64,000 bases of DNA. Origin: Octopus vulgaris (taxonomy: Eukaryota). The translations under genes were made by a program, and so were the position numbers. The DNA is taken from NCBI GenBank assembly GCA_951406725.2, contig OX597826.1, positions 47,182,001 through 47,246,000 of the forward strand. The letters are read 5' to 3'. Each line of letters begins with the position of its first letter. The first letter of the stretch is position 1. Below, piece after piece: positions 39,761-53,925 of this stretch. The notes beneath the pieces are model-generated. The model ran no database searches. It was not told the origin of the DNA and saw only the letters and a list, made by a program, of their open reading frames with translations.

Positions 39761-40532
39761 ATATCTCAGAAACTGATCAATCCAGTGGAATTTATAACTT
39801 CACTCTGTTACTGATGCTTCAAACAATGCAGGTCTGAGGTGAGACTGAATACTCATCTGAGAAAGCATAGACGGAAGGTCAGAAACAACGAGGAGGCTCA
39901 GAGAAATGGCAATCTCTAAATAATATGATTTATCGTGTTTGTATGCATTGCATTATTTGGAAATAAAAATACAAACCAGTGGGACATTAACACAGACAAA
40001 AACCTAGCTATAAAATATCGCTTATTAAAATTTTTAGTTCTTAATGAAAAAATGTACGATTTATAAGACATCGGTTGTCGAAGATCGTTAAAAATGCAGA
40101 AACGGTATATTTTCGTTCATTCACCTTCCGTTCATTGATATTATGCCCAGCATCTTGATAATATATAAATTACAAAATGAATAGAAGTGAAAAAGTAAAT
40201 TAAAATTAAATGAATAGAGAAGGCAATAATGTATATAACCCGCTAAAATAGGACTCTACCATTTTTATTTATTTATTGCTTGATAACAGTGATTTCTTCT
40301 GTTTACTTCGTAAAAGTACATTTGCTCGTATGCGTGCGCGCCTGCATGTTTGTGTGTTAATGTGTGTGTGTATGCGCTTGTTTGTTTGTGCAGCTGTGTA
40401 CTTGAGAGAGAGACAGAGAGAGAGAGAGAGACAGAGAGACAGAGACAGAGAGGGAAAAACAGAGGGAGAGAAAGAGAGAGAGAGCGTGTGTGGGTCTCTG
40501 TATATTTCCTACATTTTCTAATATATATATAG

Positions 40533-40622
<90 letters not shown>

Positions 40623-41833
40623 TTATATATACATATATATATATATATATATAACATAAATATATAATATATATTATACACACACATACACACATGCACA
40701 GATATTTTATTATAGTTGGCTGTATATGTCTGCTTCAGTAATTTTCTGTATGAGTCTGTGCAGGTGTTTGTGAATGAGTGTGTGTGTGCATGTGTATATG
40801 TGCGTGCGTGTGTGTGTGTGCGTGTACCAATCTATTGATATAACTCTCGTCTTTCGTGTATTCCTTCTTGTTACCTGTCTGGTTCATTGTGTGCTTAGTT
40901 TACAAATTCTAGCCAAAAAAGTTGGCAAGGCGAGTAACTGCTGTGAACTGTGATGAAAATATGATTTATTAAAAATACAAACAACAAAAACTGAATAAAA
41001 ATAAAATAAACAAAATAAATAATTTAAACAACAAACAAAAATAAGATAAATAAAAACAAACGATTCGTATAGTTATGCAGACAAAACTCACGGAATTCTT
41101 GACAAACCATATTTTCGCTTCGCTGCTATTGTTTGAAGAATACAAAACGAAAAAATAACAAAACAGCCAAAATAAACATTCTCAAATAATGATATTATAG
41201 TAGAAGCATATATAAATGTATGGGTTTTTATTTATATTTTCTGTTGTGTTTTATTTTTTATATATTTATTTATTGATTGTCTATTGTATGTTTGAAGTTT
41301 ATCAAATGGGAATTCCCTTTGGATTTCTTTAACAAAAAAAATGCTCAGAATTAAATGGCGCCAATAGGCAAGTGTTAACTTAACTGTCTCCGATTCTCTG
41401 AACGGCTGGCAAGTCCGGTCAAATGAAACCGATGACAAAAAAATTTTTCACTGAGATTTCAAAACAGTACCACACATGCACTTATACACATACCCACGCA
41501 TGTAACCATACTCATATACTCATACAAATAGGTGTATATATATACACACATACTTTTAAGCATATATTTACGCATATACTAATATGTGTATATACTCACA
41601 AATATCCTTATGTACGTATACAGCAATAACAGAATTGTAAAACTTCCCCTAAATATGCATTCATACATACATGCATATATACACACACATATATGCAAAG
41701 ACATATCTATATATGTATGTATATATTTATATGTGCACACACACATATATATATATATATATACATATATAAATATATACATACACACATATATGCATAA
41801 ATAGATACATACAACTAACTGTGTATGTGTGTG

Positions 41834-41868
<35 letters not shown>

Positions 41869-41974
41869 GTATGTGTTTGTGTATAAAGATATGTGTGTAT
41901 ATATATATGTGTGTGTATATGTATATAGATATGTATATACATATGTGTGTGTATATGTGTGTGTGTAATAACCA

Positions 41975-42223
41975 CAGGGTGGTGCAAAAGTAGGCATGCA
42001 GTTATGAAAAAGAAAACACGTACAATACTCATTTATTTTTGTCAAAAAAATTAGGAGTTACGATTAAAGTATTATCATAGTTATGATAAATGTATTATTA
42101 TGATTAATGACCCTGAAAATATAAAAAATGAGGCTAACTAATTTGATGTGCTAATAATTTTAATGAATCAATAATTATAACATTGATGTCATACGTACTA
42201 TATACCCACTTTTGCACCCCCTG
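41975..42223. mobile_element. Tc1/mariner-type MITE
   Basis: TIRs CAGGGTGGTGCAAAAGTAGG / CCCACTTTTGCACCCCCTG followed by TA. Confidence 0.8.
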
Positions 42224-42249
42224 TATATATCTGTGTAGAGTATCATTAC

Positions 42250-42280
<31 letters not shown>

Positions 42281-42383
42281 GAGTGAGAGAGCAGTTCACG
42301 CCATCAAAGTGACACTCGGGTAAAATATACGAAGCCCAATATACCCATCATGACTACCCGTCTGATAAGGGTACACCAGGCAC
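42281..42383 (-). mobile_element. Element D, 5'-truncated copy in (TAA)n
   Basis: Matches 16307-16410; ATT repeats on both sides. Confidence 0.9.
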
Positions 42384-42390
42384 ATTATTA

Positions 42391-42534
<144 letters not shown>

Positions 42535-42728
42535 ATAGTAGTAGTAGTATAAGACGTGTATTCAGAGGGCTGTGTGGGTAACAGTCTACATATAAATACA
42601 ATACAGAGCACTATGTAGTATTTAACATCATCAACAAATCAATCCGAATAAAGAAAGCTAGCTCATCAGGTCACCGGTGCATCATGGTTACATCAGCGAT
42701 TCAACGTCCATATCTTCTATTTTATGCG

Positions 42729-42774
<46 letters not shown>

Positions 42775-42779
<5 letters not shown>

Positions 42780-43190
42780 AGCCTTGAAGCCGCCCTTCCG
42801 ACGGGGTTCAAGCTAGATCCTGCGGGAGGGCCACACTATCGGGCTATATCGGGACCACACTATCGGGCTACATCACGGACTTCTACCCTTGTTTAATGAA
42901 ACTTATTTATGCAAATGTAAACACTGTAACTGACCATAGTTTAGTCAAGAAGCGTAGGAGCGAGGTAAATGCACCAAAAATAGGGGGGGGGGTCAGTGGG
43001 GACCCATTTAAGCGGACCTTCAGAAATTGAACCTCCTTACGATACACTCTGAGAGTTCATGCTATGAAATTGATAGTAATCGCTCCGATTTGGTCGCCAA
43101 TGCCATATTTTTAGTTTAAAATGCAATAAATTTAGGGGGTCAGTGTGGCCCCAATTAGGCACCGCTGATCTGAGATCATGTGCTCAAACA
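42775..43190. mobile_element. Unclassified element, possibly Helentron/HINE-like
   Basis: Terminal hairpin CTTGAA..TTCAAG; tandem CCACACTATCGGGCTA x2; AGGGGGTCAGTG-like motif x2. Confidence 0.35.
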
Positions 43191-43194
43191 AAAT

Positions 43195-43344
43195 CAATTG
43201 CAGCGAGGAAGGTGTTTATAAGCAATACGGAACTTTGTCAAAGCAACGAAAATATTTTGACGAATTAAATTTAAATGTTCAAGTGAATCTAACGGTTTTT
43301 GTGTTTTTTTAAATAGCTTATAAACACCTACCACGCTGCAATTG
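43195..43344. mobile_element. 150-bp MITE-like element with ~29-bp inverted termini
   Basis: CAATTGCAGCGAGGAAGGTGTTTATAAGC / GCTTATAAACACCTACCACGCTGCAATTG (2 mismatches). Confidence 0.75.
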
Positions 43345-43372
43345 TTTATATACATACATACATACATATATG

Positions 43373-43423
<51 letters not shown>

Positions 43424-43462
43424 GTTTAAATTCCGAAATATAACAATATATATATATATATA

Positions 43463-43625
43463 CGCGCAGGAGTGGCTGTGTGGTAAGTAGCTTGCTAACC
43501 AACCACATGGTTCCGGGTTCAGTCCTACTGCGTGGCATCTTGGGCAAGTGTCTTCTGCTATAGCCCCGGGCCGACCAATGCCTTGTGAGTGGATTTGGTA
43601 GACAGAAATTGAAAGAAGCCTGTTG

Positions 43626-43685
<60 letters not shown>

Positions 43686-43881
43686 TGTGTCTCTAGCATT
43701 GCTTGGCAACCGATGCTGGAGTGTTTACGTCCCCGTCACTTAGCGGTCCGGCATAAGAGACCGATAGAATAAGAACTGGGCTTACAAAGGATAAGTCCCG
43801 GGGTCGATTTGCTCGATCAAAGGCGGTGCTCCAGCATGGCCGCAGTCAAATGACTGAAAAAAGTAAAAGAGTAAAGAGAGA

Positions 43882-43882
<1 letters not shown>
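43463..43882 (+). mobile_element. SINE family A, young full-length copy
   Basis: High identity to 63061-63470. Confidence 0.93.
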
Positions 43883-43921
<39 letters not shown>

Positions 43922-44369
43922 GAGTAAGCAGACAAATAAAAGAAAAATGCACTTAGCATAGTTAGTAGGAGTTACATGTATTATTTAAAATAGTTTGATT
44001 CGGTTCTGTGCGACTTCAAGTTTCGCAGGTCACCAACTGGTGCCCGTCTTTTTCGGTCTTTGGATTGCCGAAACCAAAATTCGGCCGCGGTCCCGTTAGA
44101 AGGCTGCAAAACAATAAAGAAGTGACAATGATTCTAATGTTTCGGTAATTCAAATTTTGTAATGGAAAAAAATAATTTAATGAAATATAAGAATATCGAA
44201 AGAATAAGCGCTTAACACTTTTTAGGTATGCAGATCTTAATTCAATTTCAAGTTAAAAGTTCAGCTGCTCTTCCTAAATAAAACATCTACACAGACTTAT
44301 ATGTGTGTATGGGTATAATGTATGTATGCGAATATATATTCATCGAAACCAAATTATAAATGAATATTT

Positions 44370-44419
<50 letters not shown>

Positions 44420-44421
44420 GT

Positions 44422-44698
44422 GGAGGCGCAATGGCCCAGTGTGTTGGGCAGCGGACTCGATTCCCTGACCGGGCGTTGTGAGTGTTTATTGAGCGAAAAC
44501 ACCTAAAGCTCCACGAGTCTCCGGCAGGGGGGGGCGATCCCTGCTGTACTCTTTCGCCACAACTTTCTCTCACTTTTTCCTCTGTTGGCCTGCTCGCTTA
44601 GCCAGCGGGGTAGCGTCATTTGAAGGCTAAAACCATGCGAAGCGCATTGTGACCAGCGATGTGTAGCAACATCTGATAGCCTGGTCGGTCACATTGAT
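44422..44698 (+). mobile_element. SINE family C, tail type 1, with deletion in the tRNA head
   Basis: Matches 9389-9690; GGACTCG is joined directly to ATTCCC. Confidence 0.9.
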
Positions 44699-44708
44699 AT
44701 ATATATAT

Positions 44709-45199
44709 ACTAGCAGTATCGCCCGGCGTTGCTCGGGTTTGTAAGGGAAATAACTATATAAGCATTTTTAGAGAGTTACTTCCCTTATAAATTCGGGCTT
44801 TCTTAGCCATTTTTGTTTTGGTGTCTTCAAGCCATGAAGTCGTTGTTCTAAAAGAACGCTGGTTTCCTTCACAACGCATTACGACGTTGATTTCTTTACA
44901 CTCCCTTCCCCACAGCTTCACGAGGGAGGGAAGGGGGAGAAGCAAACAGGTGCAGCTGTGAGCGTGGACGCCAACTCCGCCGCCATCGACATACGATGCA
45001 TTTTATGCATTAAAATGGAATAAAAAATGATGTTAAATTATTTTAAAAATCGTAGACTCATCGTTGACGCGCGCTAATAGTCAGACGGGCTCGATATGAA
45101 TCACGACTATAAGATACCCGAATTTGGTTAAACTGCACCGCAAAATGTGGGAGGAGTTAGGAATCTAAATCGAAGGGGACAGACACTCACACAACTAGA

Positions 45200-45205
<6 letters not shown>
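44709..45205 (+). mobile_element. Non-autonomous Helitron/Helentron-like element
   Basis: 5' ACTAG..CCCGGCGTTGCTCGGG hairpin and 3' GACAGACAC..TTTTATATAT end, typical of Lep1/HINE-like elements (resemblance only). Confidence 0.6.
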
Positions 45206-45261
<56 letters not shown>

Positions 45262-45906
45262 CATTCAAATACGCACACACACATATAAATACATATATCT
45301 GTATGTGTGTATGTATACACACACACGCATACACACACATAGATATTTCTGTAGTTATGCATTTATAGGTAGACAGATAAACAATGCTTCATTAGAGATA
45401 GAGGAAGTTGAACGCACAATATAATAACATAAATGTTAAAAACACCACCCCTGCAGTATATAAAAGATGTATTCCGCAGGGGTTGTAGACAATATTATTC
45501 AATTAAATTCAACATGTCTGGTGTATAATGGTCTTTTATAAACAAATGTATTTGTTTTGTGTGTGAGAATTCAAATGAAACAGCTCTCAATTAATTTCCC
45601 TTAGCTACAGATCAATCACTTTAGAATACTACCTCCTTCTTTCTTTCGTTATTTGTTTATTTATTCTACTTTTAACGCCGATGAAATTTTTTTTTTAGTG
45701 AAAAATTTTGAACTCAGATTTATAGCCAAATTTTTAAAACATTGTTTAGTTTAACACATAGAAATGAACCAAGTCGTCAAATTCTCATTGGGTTTTCTTA
45801 ATGGAGTTACGATATTGTTCATAAACAGGCATAAAATGATAAACACATCTACGATAATATCACAGATAAAAAGGGGAATGTAAGATACAAACAAAGGAGA
45901 TTTATA

Positions 45907-46172
45907 GGCGCTTGTGTGCGGTAAGAAACTGTCTTCCTAACCACATGGTTCCAGATTCAGTCCACTGAGTAGCACCTTGAGCAAGTATCTTCTACTGTAG
46001 CGTCGGACCAAATAAAGCTTTGACATTGGATTTGAAGCCTATCGTGTGTATGTGTGTATGTGAGTCTGTGTGTGTTTGAGCCAGTAGCCGTCCCACCACA
46101 CCGCTTGACAACCGGTGTTGGTTTATTTACGTTCCTGTAAATTAGTAGTTCGGCAAAAGACACCGATAGAAT
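45907..46172 (+). mobile_element. SINE family A, degenerate, truncated
   Basis: AACCACATGGTTCC..TTCAGTCC..TTCGGCAAAAGACACCGATAGAAT. Confidence 0.8.
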
Positions 46173-46194
46173 GAGTTTGGGGATGACCACTACT

Positions 46195-46440
46195 TTATTA
46201 TCTCCCCTTCTTCCTAGCTCTCCTGTGTGACCCCTCTGTCCGGCATTCGCCATGATAGATCGCTAGCAGCTAAAACTTTTTCTATTTTCTCTCCCTGTTT
46301 ATTTCTGTGTTCCTTTCTGTCGAAGAGCGTAGGCTCGAAACGTAAACAATTTTCTCACTTCCCGAGCGTTAAACTAATACATCTGTTTCTGGTTAACACA
46401 GCCGTCTTCGTCTTTTGCTTTTTTGTAAATTCTCACTATA
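46195..46440 (+). mobile_element. P1 element with CUGUCGA hammerhead motif (46313-46348)
   Basis: CTTT-CTGTCGA-A-GAGC(gtag)GCTC-GAAACGTA. Confidence 0.75.
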
Positions 46441-46484
46441 AATCTATAAGGGTAATTTCACCACGTTGAACAGTTAACCCTTAC

Positions 46485-46784
<300 letters not shown>

Positions 46785-46889
46785 CTAGGTAGATAGATAG
46801 ATAGATAAACAGATATAGAAATAGATATAAAAATAGATAAATATATAGATAGACAGTCATACATTCGTGTAGACATACATATATACGTA

Positions 46890-47212
46890 TGAACGTAATG
46901 GCGTAGATGTGTGGTAAGAAGTTTGGTTCTTAATCAACATGGTCCTAGATTCAATCCCACTACGTGGCACCATGGAGAGGTATTTATTACTACAACCCAA
47001 GCCGACCGCTGTCTTGTGAGTGGATTTGGTAGAAAGAAACTAAAAGAAGCACGTCATATATATCTGTGTTTCAGAGTGTATTTCTGCATGCATGTATGCC
47101 TTTGTGGTTGTCTTAGTCCCAGCACTACTTGACAACCAGTGTTTGTTTGTTTCCGTCTCTGTAACATAGCGGTTCAGCAAAAGTGCTCAATAGAATATGT
47201 AACAGGTTAAAA
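46890..47212 (+). mobile_element. SINE family A, degenerate
   Basis: TGTGTGGTAAGAAG..CTTGTGAGTGGATTTGGTAGA..AAAGAAGC. Confidence 0.75.
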
Positions 47213-48114
47213 AATATATATTTACTACATGGTAGAAATTGCTTTTCCTTACCTCTTCTATATCAGCCCTCATACTTTGTTCTTCAGAATACTCCCCTCT
47301 CTCATCTTTTCCCTATCTCTTTCGCTTTCCCATCGATCATGCAATGTCTAACTATCCATAATATCGGGTCTACTCTCCTCACTCCTATCTCGTATCTTGT
47401 AGGTCCACCTGACACCTCGTCAAGACTAATTACTTCTTTCCATTTCCATCCGGACCAACTTTACCTCTCTTCAATAACGTAAATCCCTGTAGCCCCACAC
47501 TTCCATTGCACCCCTCATCATATAGCCTAAATCCGCTGGCCTCTTCGCAGAAGAGGATCTTCGACTTGCCGGCTACATGGTGACCTCGCTTGTGCCGATG
47601 AAAAGATAATGGCGACGAGAACACACCGTAAAGTGGTTGGAGTTATGAAGTGTACGCAGCCGTAGAAATTATGCCAAAGCAGATATTTGTGCATGATGAT
47701 GTCTTAGAATTTGTGAGAACCTTTCAAAACTGCCAACCCATGTCAACATTTAACATAATGATGGTGATGATGAGGATGAGGAGGAGGAGGAGGAGGAGGA
47801 AGATCATCATCATGATAATGATAATGATGATCATGATGATCATGATGAAGATGATGATGATGACGATGATGATGATGAGGATGAGGATGATGATGAAATG
47901 GATGTGACCGTGTATGCGTGCATATCTGCATGTGCAGTTATACTTACATGCATACATGCATAAATGGATAGATAGATAGATAGATCTATACATACATGCA
48001 CAAACACACACCCACATACACTCGCGCAAACATACACACAAATGGAGAACCTTTATCCACCAATGCATAGTTGAGCACTCAATCTCATTGTTCGACATTT
48101 ACAAATACACACAA

Positions 48115-48171
<57 letters not shown>

Positions 48172-48754
48172 CATATACATAAGTGGTATTCTTAACCTAT
48201 ATGTAATACTTAAATACTGTTCGCATGCGAATGTATCGTGTACGTCTATACGAACGAATATAAATTATTCCATGAACAAATACGTAATTCTTGGAATTCA
48301 AAGTAACATTCGCTTTATGAACTCAAACAGTTTATAAGTTGTATTGGAGCTGATTTATTAATTTTCGTCATAAAAGATGGGCAATGTGTGGAGTAGATAC
48401 AAAGCTATATCAATGCTTATACAAACGGAATGTCTTACAGATTTTCTTGCAATATGTGCTTTATCCATCCCCTTTATGCCTATCCTCTATATTTATCTAT
48501 TACATTATCTATTTGTATGTATTTGTTTTTCCTATCTGGCTTTCTGTTTGTTTGTTTTTTTAATCTGCTTGTCTCCGTCTCTGTCCGTCTCTGTCTCTCT
48601 CAGTCTCTTTGTATGTGCCTCTCACCTATCCAATATGTAAGTTTGCAGCAACCACCCCCAAAACTACTCTATTTAATTTACTATTCGTTCAGTCAGACAT
48701 GCATAAATGCATTTAAAAAGAAATAAAATCTTGTATTTGTGTATAAGTATGTAC

Positions 48755-48805
<51 letters not shown>

Positions 48806-48886
48806 CACACATATATACATATATATACATACATATATACATACATATATATGTGTATGTGTGTAGATATATATCGAAATATGTCT

Positions 48887-48940
<54 letters not shown>

Positions 48941-50907
48941 GGTGTGCATGTATGTATGTATGTATGTATATATGTTCACTAGATACATAAATACTCTTAT
49001 AAATACGCAACCAGATGATATATATGTGTTTATATATATGTATATATATATATACACGTGTATATGTGTGTGTGTTTGTGTGTGCGTGTGTGTGAGAGAG
49101 AGAGGGAGCATGTGTAAGTACGAGTTGTGTTTATCTGTAGGTGTTTGTGTGTTTACATATGTGCATAAATATAGATGAGACAGATATAAATAGCTAGATA
49201 GATAGTTAGACAAGCATAGATATAGCCGGACAGATAATCAAACATACGTAGATACAGAGATATACATCTAAGTAAATAGAAGAAGAAATAACTTTGACAT
49301 CCATGCATGTTTACATATCAAAGGCATGTTCAATCTTACATATTGAATTTCGTTTTCAATACATATGCTGTTTTGTTTGTATGACTGGTACAAATAAATA
49401 CTTACACACACAGAGGCGTACACACATACACGAACATATATGCTAAAGAATACAGTTAAAAGATGTAGATATTTAATATAATATAACATTCCTATACAAC
49501 TTCAGACAACTCCCAAAATTCACGCTTTCATAGTGATACAGCGATACACTATGTACACAAAAAAGCAGACTCATTCGTATCTATATGTATGCACCTAGCA
49601 AATGTGTGTCAGATGTGTGTGCATATTTGTAAACATATGATTTTTGCAAGCGTGTGCAACAACTCTCTTGTAATGGAAAAGCATACAGACACATACTTGT
49701 ATGGAAGCTGTATACCATTGGCTGTACATACAAACTGTATATATAAATGCATACTCACATACATACACACTCGTATATATATATATATATATATATTTAC
49801 ACAAGCACATACACATAAACACACACATATACGCTTTTGGATTACATTAGCCTTCATACATATGTGTGCATGTTTATGTATATATATATACTCATACAGG
49901 CAGACAGATACACACACACACATATATATATATAAATATTTAAAAAAAAAATATATATATAAGAGCACACACAGACACACACACACACAGACACACACAC
50001 ACAGACACACACACACACACACATATATATTTACATATATACATGCATTTGAATATATAATATATATGTATGTATACACAGATAGATAGATAGGTAGATA
50101 GTTAGAAAGATAGATAGGTGGCTAAGTAAATAGATGGAGAGAGAGAGTGATTCCTGTGCATGTGTGTGTGTCTGTGTGTGTGACAGGGTATATATCACAC
50201 GACTGGAAGAAACGAAATTCATCTAAAATTAATATAATCTTGTTTCATGAGAAATAAATGTTCTATAGAAAAATATTGTATGAAAAAAAAAAAATGAAAG
50301 AATAACAGAAAAAAATAAGTAAAAGAATACGTCTTGAAAGAAAATATAAATAAAAACGAGAAATAAAAATAAAAATAAATTAGAATATATATATAAATAT
50401 ATAAAATACAATCTCCCAAAGGAATATTGCTAAAACCTTTGTCAAAACAGCATATTTTCGAGATAACTAATAATTCGTTGCGTTTTCATTGTGCTTCGGT
50501 AAATACTGGTCACGCCAATGAAATGTTCCACATGAAAAAATCTCTCGACTTTTTTTTAGAAGCTTGTCTAAGCCATAAATGTGTAGAAATCACTGGACTA
50601 TTGAAGATGTTATCGAGACTAACAAAAGCGGATTTTAGTTTAAAAAAGCAAAAATCTTGTATTACTTCAGAAGGCGTGTCTATTTTATAAGCTCATCATC
50701 TTTTTTGACATCTCTCTTCTGTTGCGCTTCCTTATTCCAGACGTCAGTCAGACTTTGGAGAATGTCACAAAGTCACATGACCGCCGCTTCTGTTGTCGCA
50801 TTGTACATTTTCTCTAGTTTGATTCTTCTTCTTCTTCTTGCTGCTGTTATCATCATCATCATCATCATCATCATCATTATTATTATTATTATAATTACTA
50901 TTATTAT

Positions 50908-51055
50908 TTACGTTCTGAGTTCAAATTCCACCGAGGACTACTTTGCCTTTCACCCTTTTAGTTTTGATATAATGTGTATCAGTTCAACACCGGGGTCGAT
51001 GGCATCGACTCATCCCCTGCCTCAAAATGGCTGCTCTTGAGGCAAAATTTGAAGC

Positions 51056-51056
<1 letters not shown>
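50908..51056 (+). mobile_element. SINE family B, 5'-truncated
   Basis: ACGTTCTGAGTTCAAATTCC..TTTGCCTTTCA..AAAATTTGAAGCC. Confidence 0.8.
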
Positions 51057-51106
<50 letters not shown>

Positions 51107-51442
51107 CATTACTATTATTATCTTTATTTTCATTAGCATCTTTCACTTCTGTTTCCATTTCTTGCCGAGTGTCTTCCTGACATCTAGGGCAGACAAACGC
51201 ACTCAATACATTGGTTGGCCATTAAAACAAACACGCCAGATTTTTTGTTACAGAGCCATGTTATAGAGAAAAAGAGCAAGGCAGAGAGAAAAAAATAGAA
51301 AATAAAAAATTGCAAAGTAAACAAATAAAATGGGAAAAAGGAAAGAAAATTCACAGCGACAACGCTCTTCTCAATACGTGTGACGTACCAGTTAAGACAA
51401 TCTTTTGCACTTCTCGCATGGATGGTAAGCAAGGGATCATTC

Positions 51443-52168
51443 TTAAATTATTTTCAGTTCTTTTTTTATCATTCTAAATGCTCCTACAATCACTGGTATT
51501 GTAACCGTTTTAAGATGCCACACCTTTGGAATTTCGATTAGCAGATCTTTATATTTTCTGAACTTATCAAATTCTCTTGCCGAGATATTATGGTCACAGG
51601 GTATGCTCATTTCAATCAGTAAACAGACTTGATTGCTTTTGCCTTTCACAACAATATCTAGTGTGTTTGCATTAATAGTCCGGTCTGTAGATACTGGGAA
51701 GTCCCAAAGAATAGTTACATTTTCTCCTTCAGTTACAGCCTCAAGGTGGTGCTTGTACCATTTGCCAGCAGATTTAGTTTTATAAAGCCGACACATTATC
51801 CAGTGTAGATATTGGCCAACTCTGTCATGTAGATATTAGCCAACTCTACAGGTGATAAAACCTTACATCCAGAGATTAGGTGGTCCATTATTTTTATCCC
51901 ATCGTTGCAGTATCGGTACTTTAGGTACACACCACTTTTCATCATACTGGCTTGATAGTTCCAGGTCAATAAACCCTGATCTTGGGCAGCCAAGATAAAT
52001 ACTTCACTCTCTGACTTTAGCCACGATCTCTGTAGCCACTGATGGGTGTGCTTGTGGTCTACATCACCACTTTTGCTTTGGGCCACATATTTGCCATGCA
52101 GTGGTTTTTGTTCCCACATGACAGCCATTTGTTCAAGCACATTTTGCTTTGCTATTGATTTCACCAAT
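51443..52168 (-). mobile_element. R4/Dong-clade LINE fragment (zinc-knuckle + REL endonuclease), frameshifted
   Basis: WEQKPLHGKY..ESEVFILAAQDQ..C..HLISGC, then ILWDFPVSTDRTINANTLDIVV..LIEMSIP..KYKDL..IPVIVGA (ORFs 51796-52269 and 51443-51796). Confidence 0.9.
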
Positions 52169-52169
52169 A

Positions 52170-52697
52170 AGAGAGCAGTGCATGATATCAAAGTGACACT
52201 GGTGTAAAATATACGAAGCCCAGTATACCCATCATGACTACCCGTCTGATAAGGGTACACTAGGCACATGCATCACAACCATATGTGTGCAGCATGGTGA
52301 TCTCATATCAAGATAAACAGCGCATGACCTTGCAGGTGGGGCCCAGTTAGAATTTTCTTCTGGTCGAGTAACCCATCCTGCTCAAAAGGTCCCTGAAAAA
52401 GCATTGTTTAAGAATGTTGAACAAACCACCCATGTTTCCAAAAGTGAATTATCCAAACCTCCAAGAATTCCTCTCAACACATGGCTATGATGCTCCCCCA
52501 CTACTTCTGCTCGGGATCAGAGATGCTCATATCGTCAGCCACAAAGAGACATGCTCAACTGGATAAGGTCAAACAACTGACCAGAATATTTGCTGTAGCC
52601 CATCTTTTATACCAAGACAAGACAATGTACATGATAAGACTTCCAATCAGTTAAGATCAGAAGCTATGAAAGCCACAGTCTGGTACTGCGTCAGGGC

Positions 52698-52699
<2 letters not shown>
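52170..52699 (-). mobile_element. Element D, full copy fused to the R4/Dong fragment
   Basis: Colinear with 16307-16867; 3' end abuts the R4 ORF with no TAA tract. Confidence 0.85.
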
Positions 52700-52751
<52 letters not shown>

Positions 52752-52864
52752 CATTATTATTATTATTGTTGTTGTTGTTGTTGTTATTGTTATTGTTGTT
52801 GTTTTTATCATTATGATTATTATACAACCAGTGGAAATGTGGAAAGTTCACTTTAGCATTCTAT

Positions 52865-53430
52865 AGGGGAATAGTGGTGGGAAAGTGTGACGATGTACTT
52901 TGGGAGACCTTGGGCGTTTAAGTTCAACTAGTCGCTCTCTCCCGAAGAACTTTCGGCCCGAGACCGATGGATAGCTTCCAAAAAATCTCTGACTTGGCAG
53001 TGCTACCGAGAAGCTTTGCTTGTTCAAGATAAACTATACAGGCACGGAAGTGCTGCGTGTCGAGCATCTCCGAGATGCGCGCAGGACGATGAACCCATCT
53101 CACATGCACTCGTCCAGCGTCCGAGCATTGCTGACCTGTGGGTTTATGTTGAACACCTGCTGTCGCGTGTGGGACGGATCCAACAATCAATTGAATCCAT
53201 CGTGAAGATCGCCCCACTGCCTTCTTTTTATATGTCTGGTAGCCATGGCGAAAGAGTTGTATGGTGGACGAGATTGAAGGGGCTGAAGACAAATACTTTT
53301 CTCTTTGACCAGTCCTTGAAGAGGAAAGTAAGGGTGGAGATGGAAGTGTTGCATTCTAGCCATTTTGTAGAAAGGTAGATGAGAGTGGTGAGAAAGGTGC
53401 GAGAGAACGGGCTTACGCTGAGCATATGTC
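52865..53430 (+). mobile_element. L1/Tx1-clade LINE C-terminal (zf-RVT) remnant
   Basis: FQK..WQCYREALLVQDKL..ACRASPRCAQDDEPISHALVQRPSIADLW, i.e. a decayed C.RC...ET..H...C motif. Confidence 0.75.
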
Positions 53431-53574
53431 TGTAATCGGAAAAGTGGAAATGAGAAAAGCACTTACCTTAGATTTTGCAGGGGTTTTCGATAGTTTCCTG
53501 CCTATTGAGAATTATGCATTGCTAAAATGTACTTTGAACTGCTACGGTTTATTTTGCTGCTGTTGTTTGTTTGT

Positions 53575-53925
53575 TGAGCGTCTCAGGACTGTCTGCAGTC
53601 CGAAACATGGTCCTTTGCTATTCGTAAGACCCACAGAAGAGAAAGCAGGTCAACCCCCGACACCGAGAGCATCGATAGATGGATGAATGCGCATCCAGGC
53701 TCCGCGGTTGCGTAGGAAGTCGGGGACAAGAAACGGGAAGGAAGAGTGAGAGAAAGTTGGAGCGAAAGAGTACAACAGGGGTTTTCACCTCCGCCCCCTG
53801 CAGGAGCCTCGTGGAGCTTTAGGTGTTTTCCTTCAATAAACACACATAACGCCCGGTCTAGGAATCGAAACCGCAATCCTCCGACCGCGAGTCCGCTGCC
53901 CTAACCATTGGGCCATTGTGCCTTC
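53575..53925 (-). mobile_element. SINE family C, tail type 3
   Basis: Head and body match family C; third distinct tail ending in hairpin GGACTG/CAGTCC and (AAAC)n; TSD-like TGCTGCT(G/A)TTGTT. Confidence 0.85.

Noticed and set aside
42560-42672. Minus-strand CTGATGAG
   Set aside because: No matching GAAA or stem II closure.
53586-53625. GGACTG/CAGTCC-GAAAC-ATG-GTC, resembling a hammerhead 3' half
   Set aside because: No CUGANGA or stem I upstream; better explained as the antisense of the SINE C tail stem-loop.
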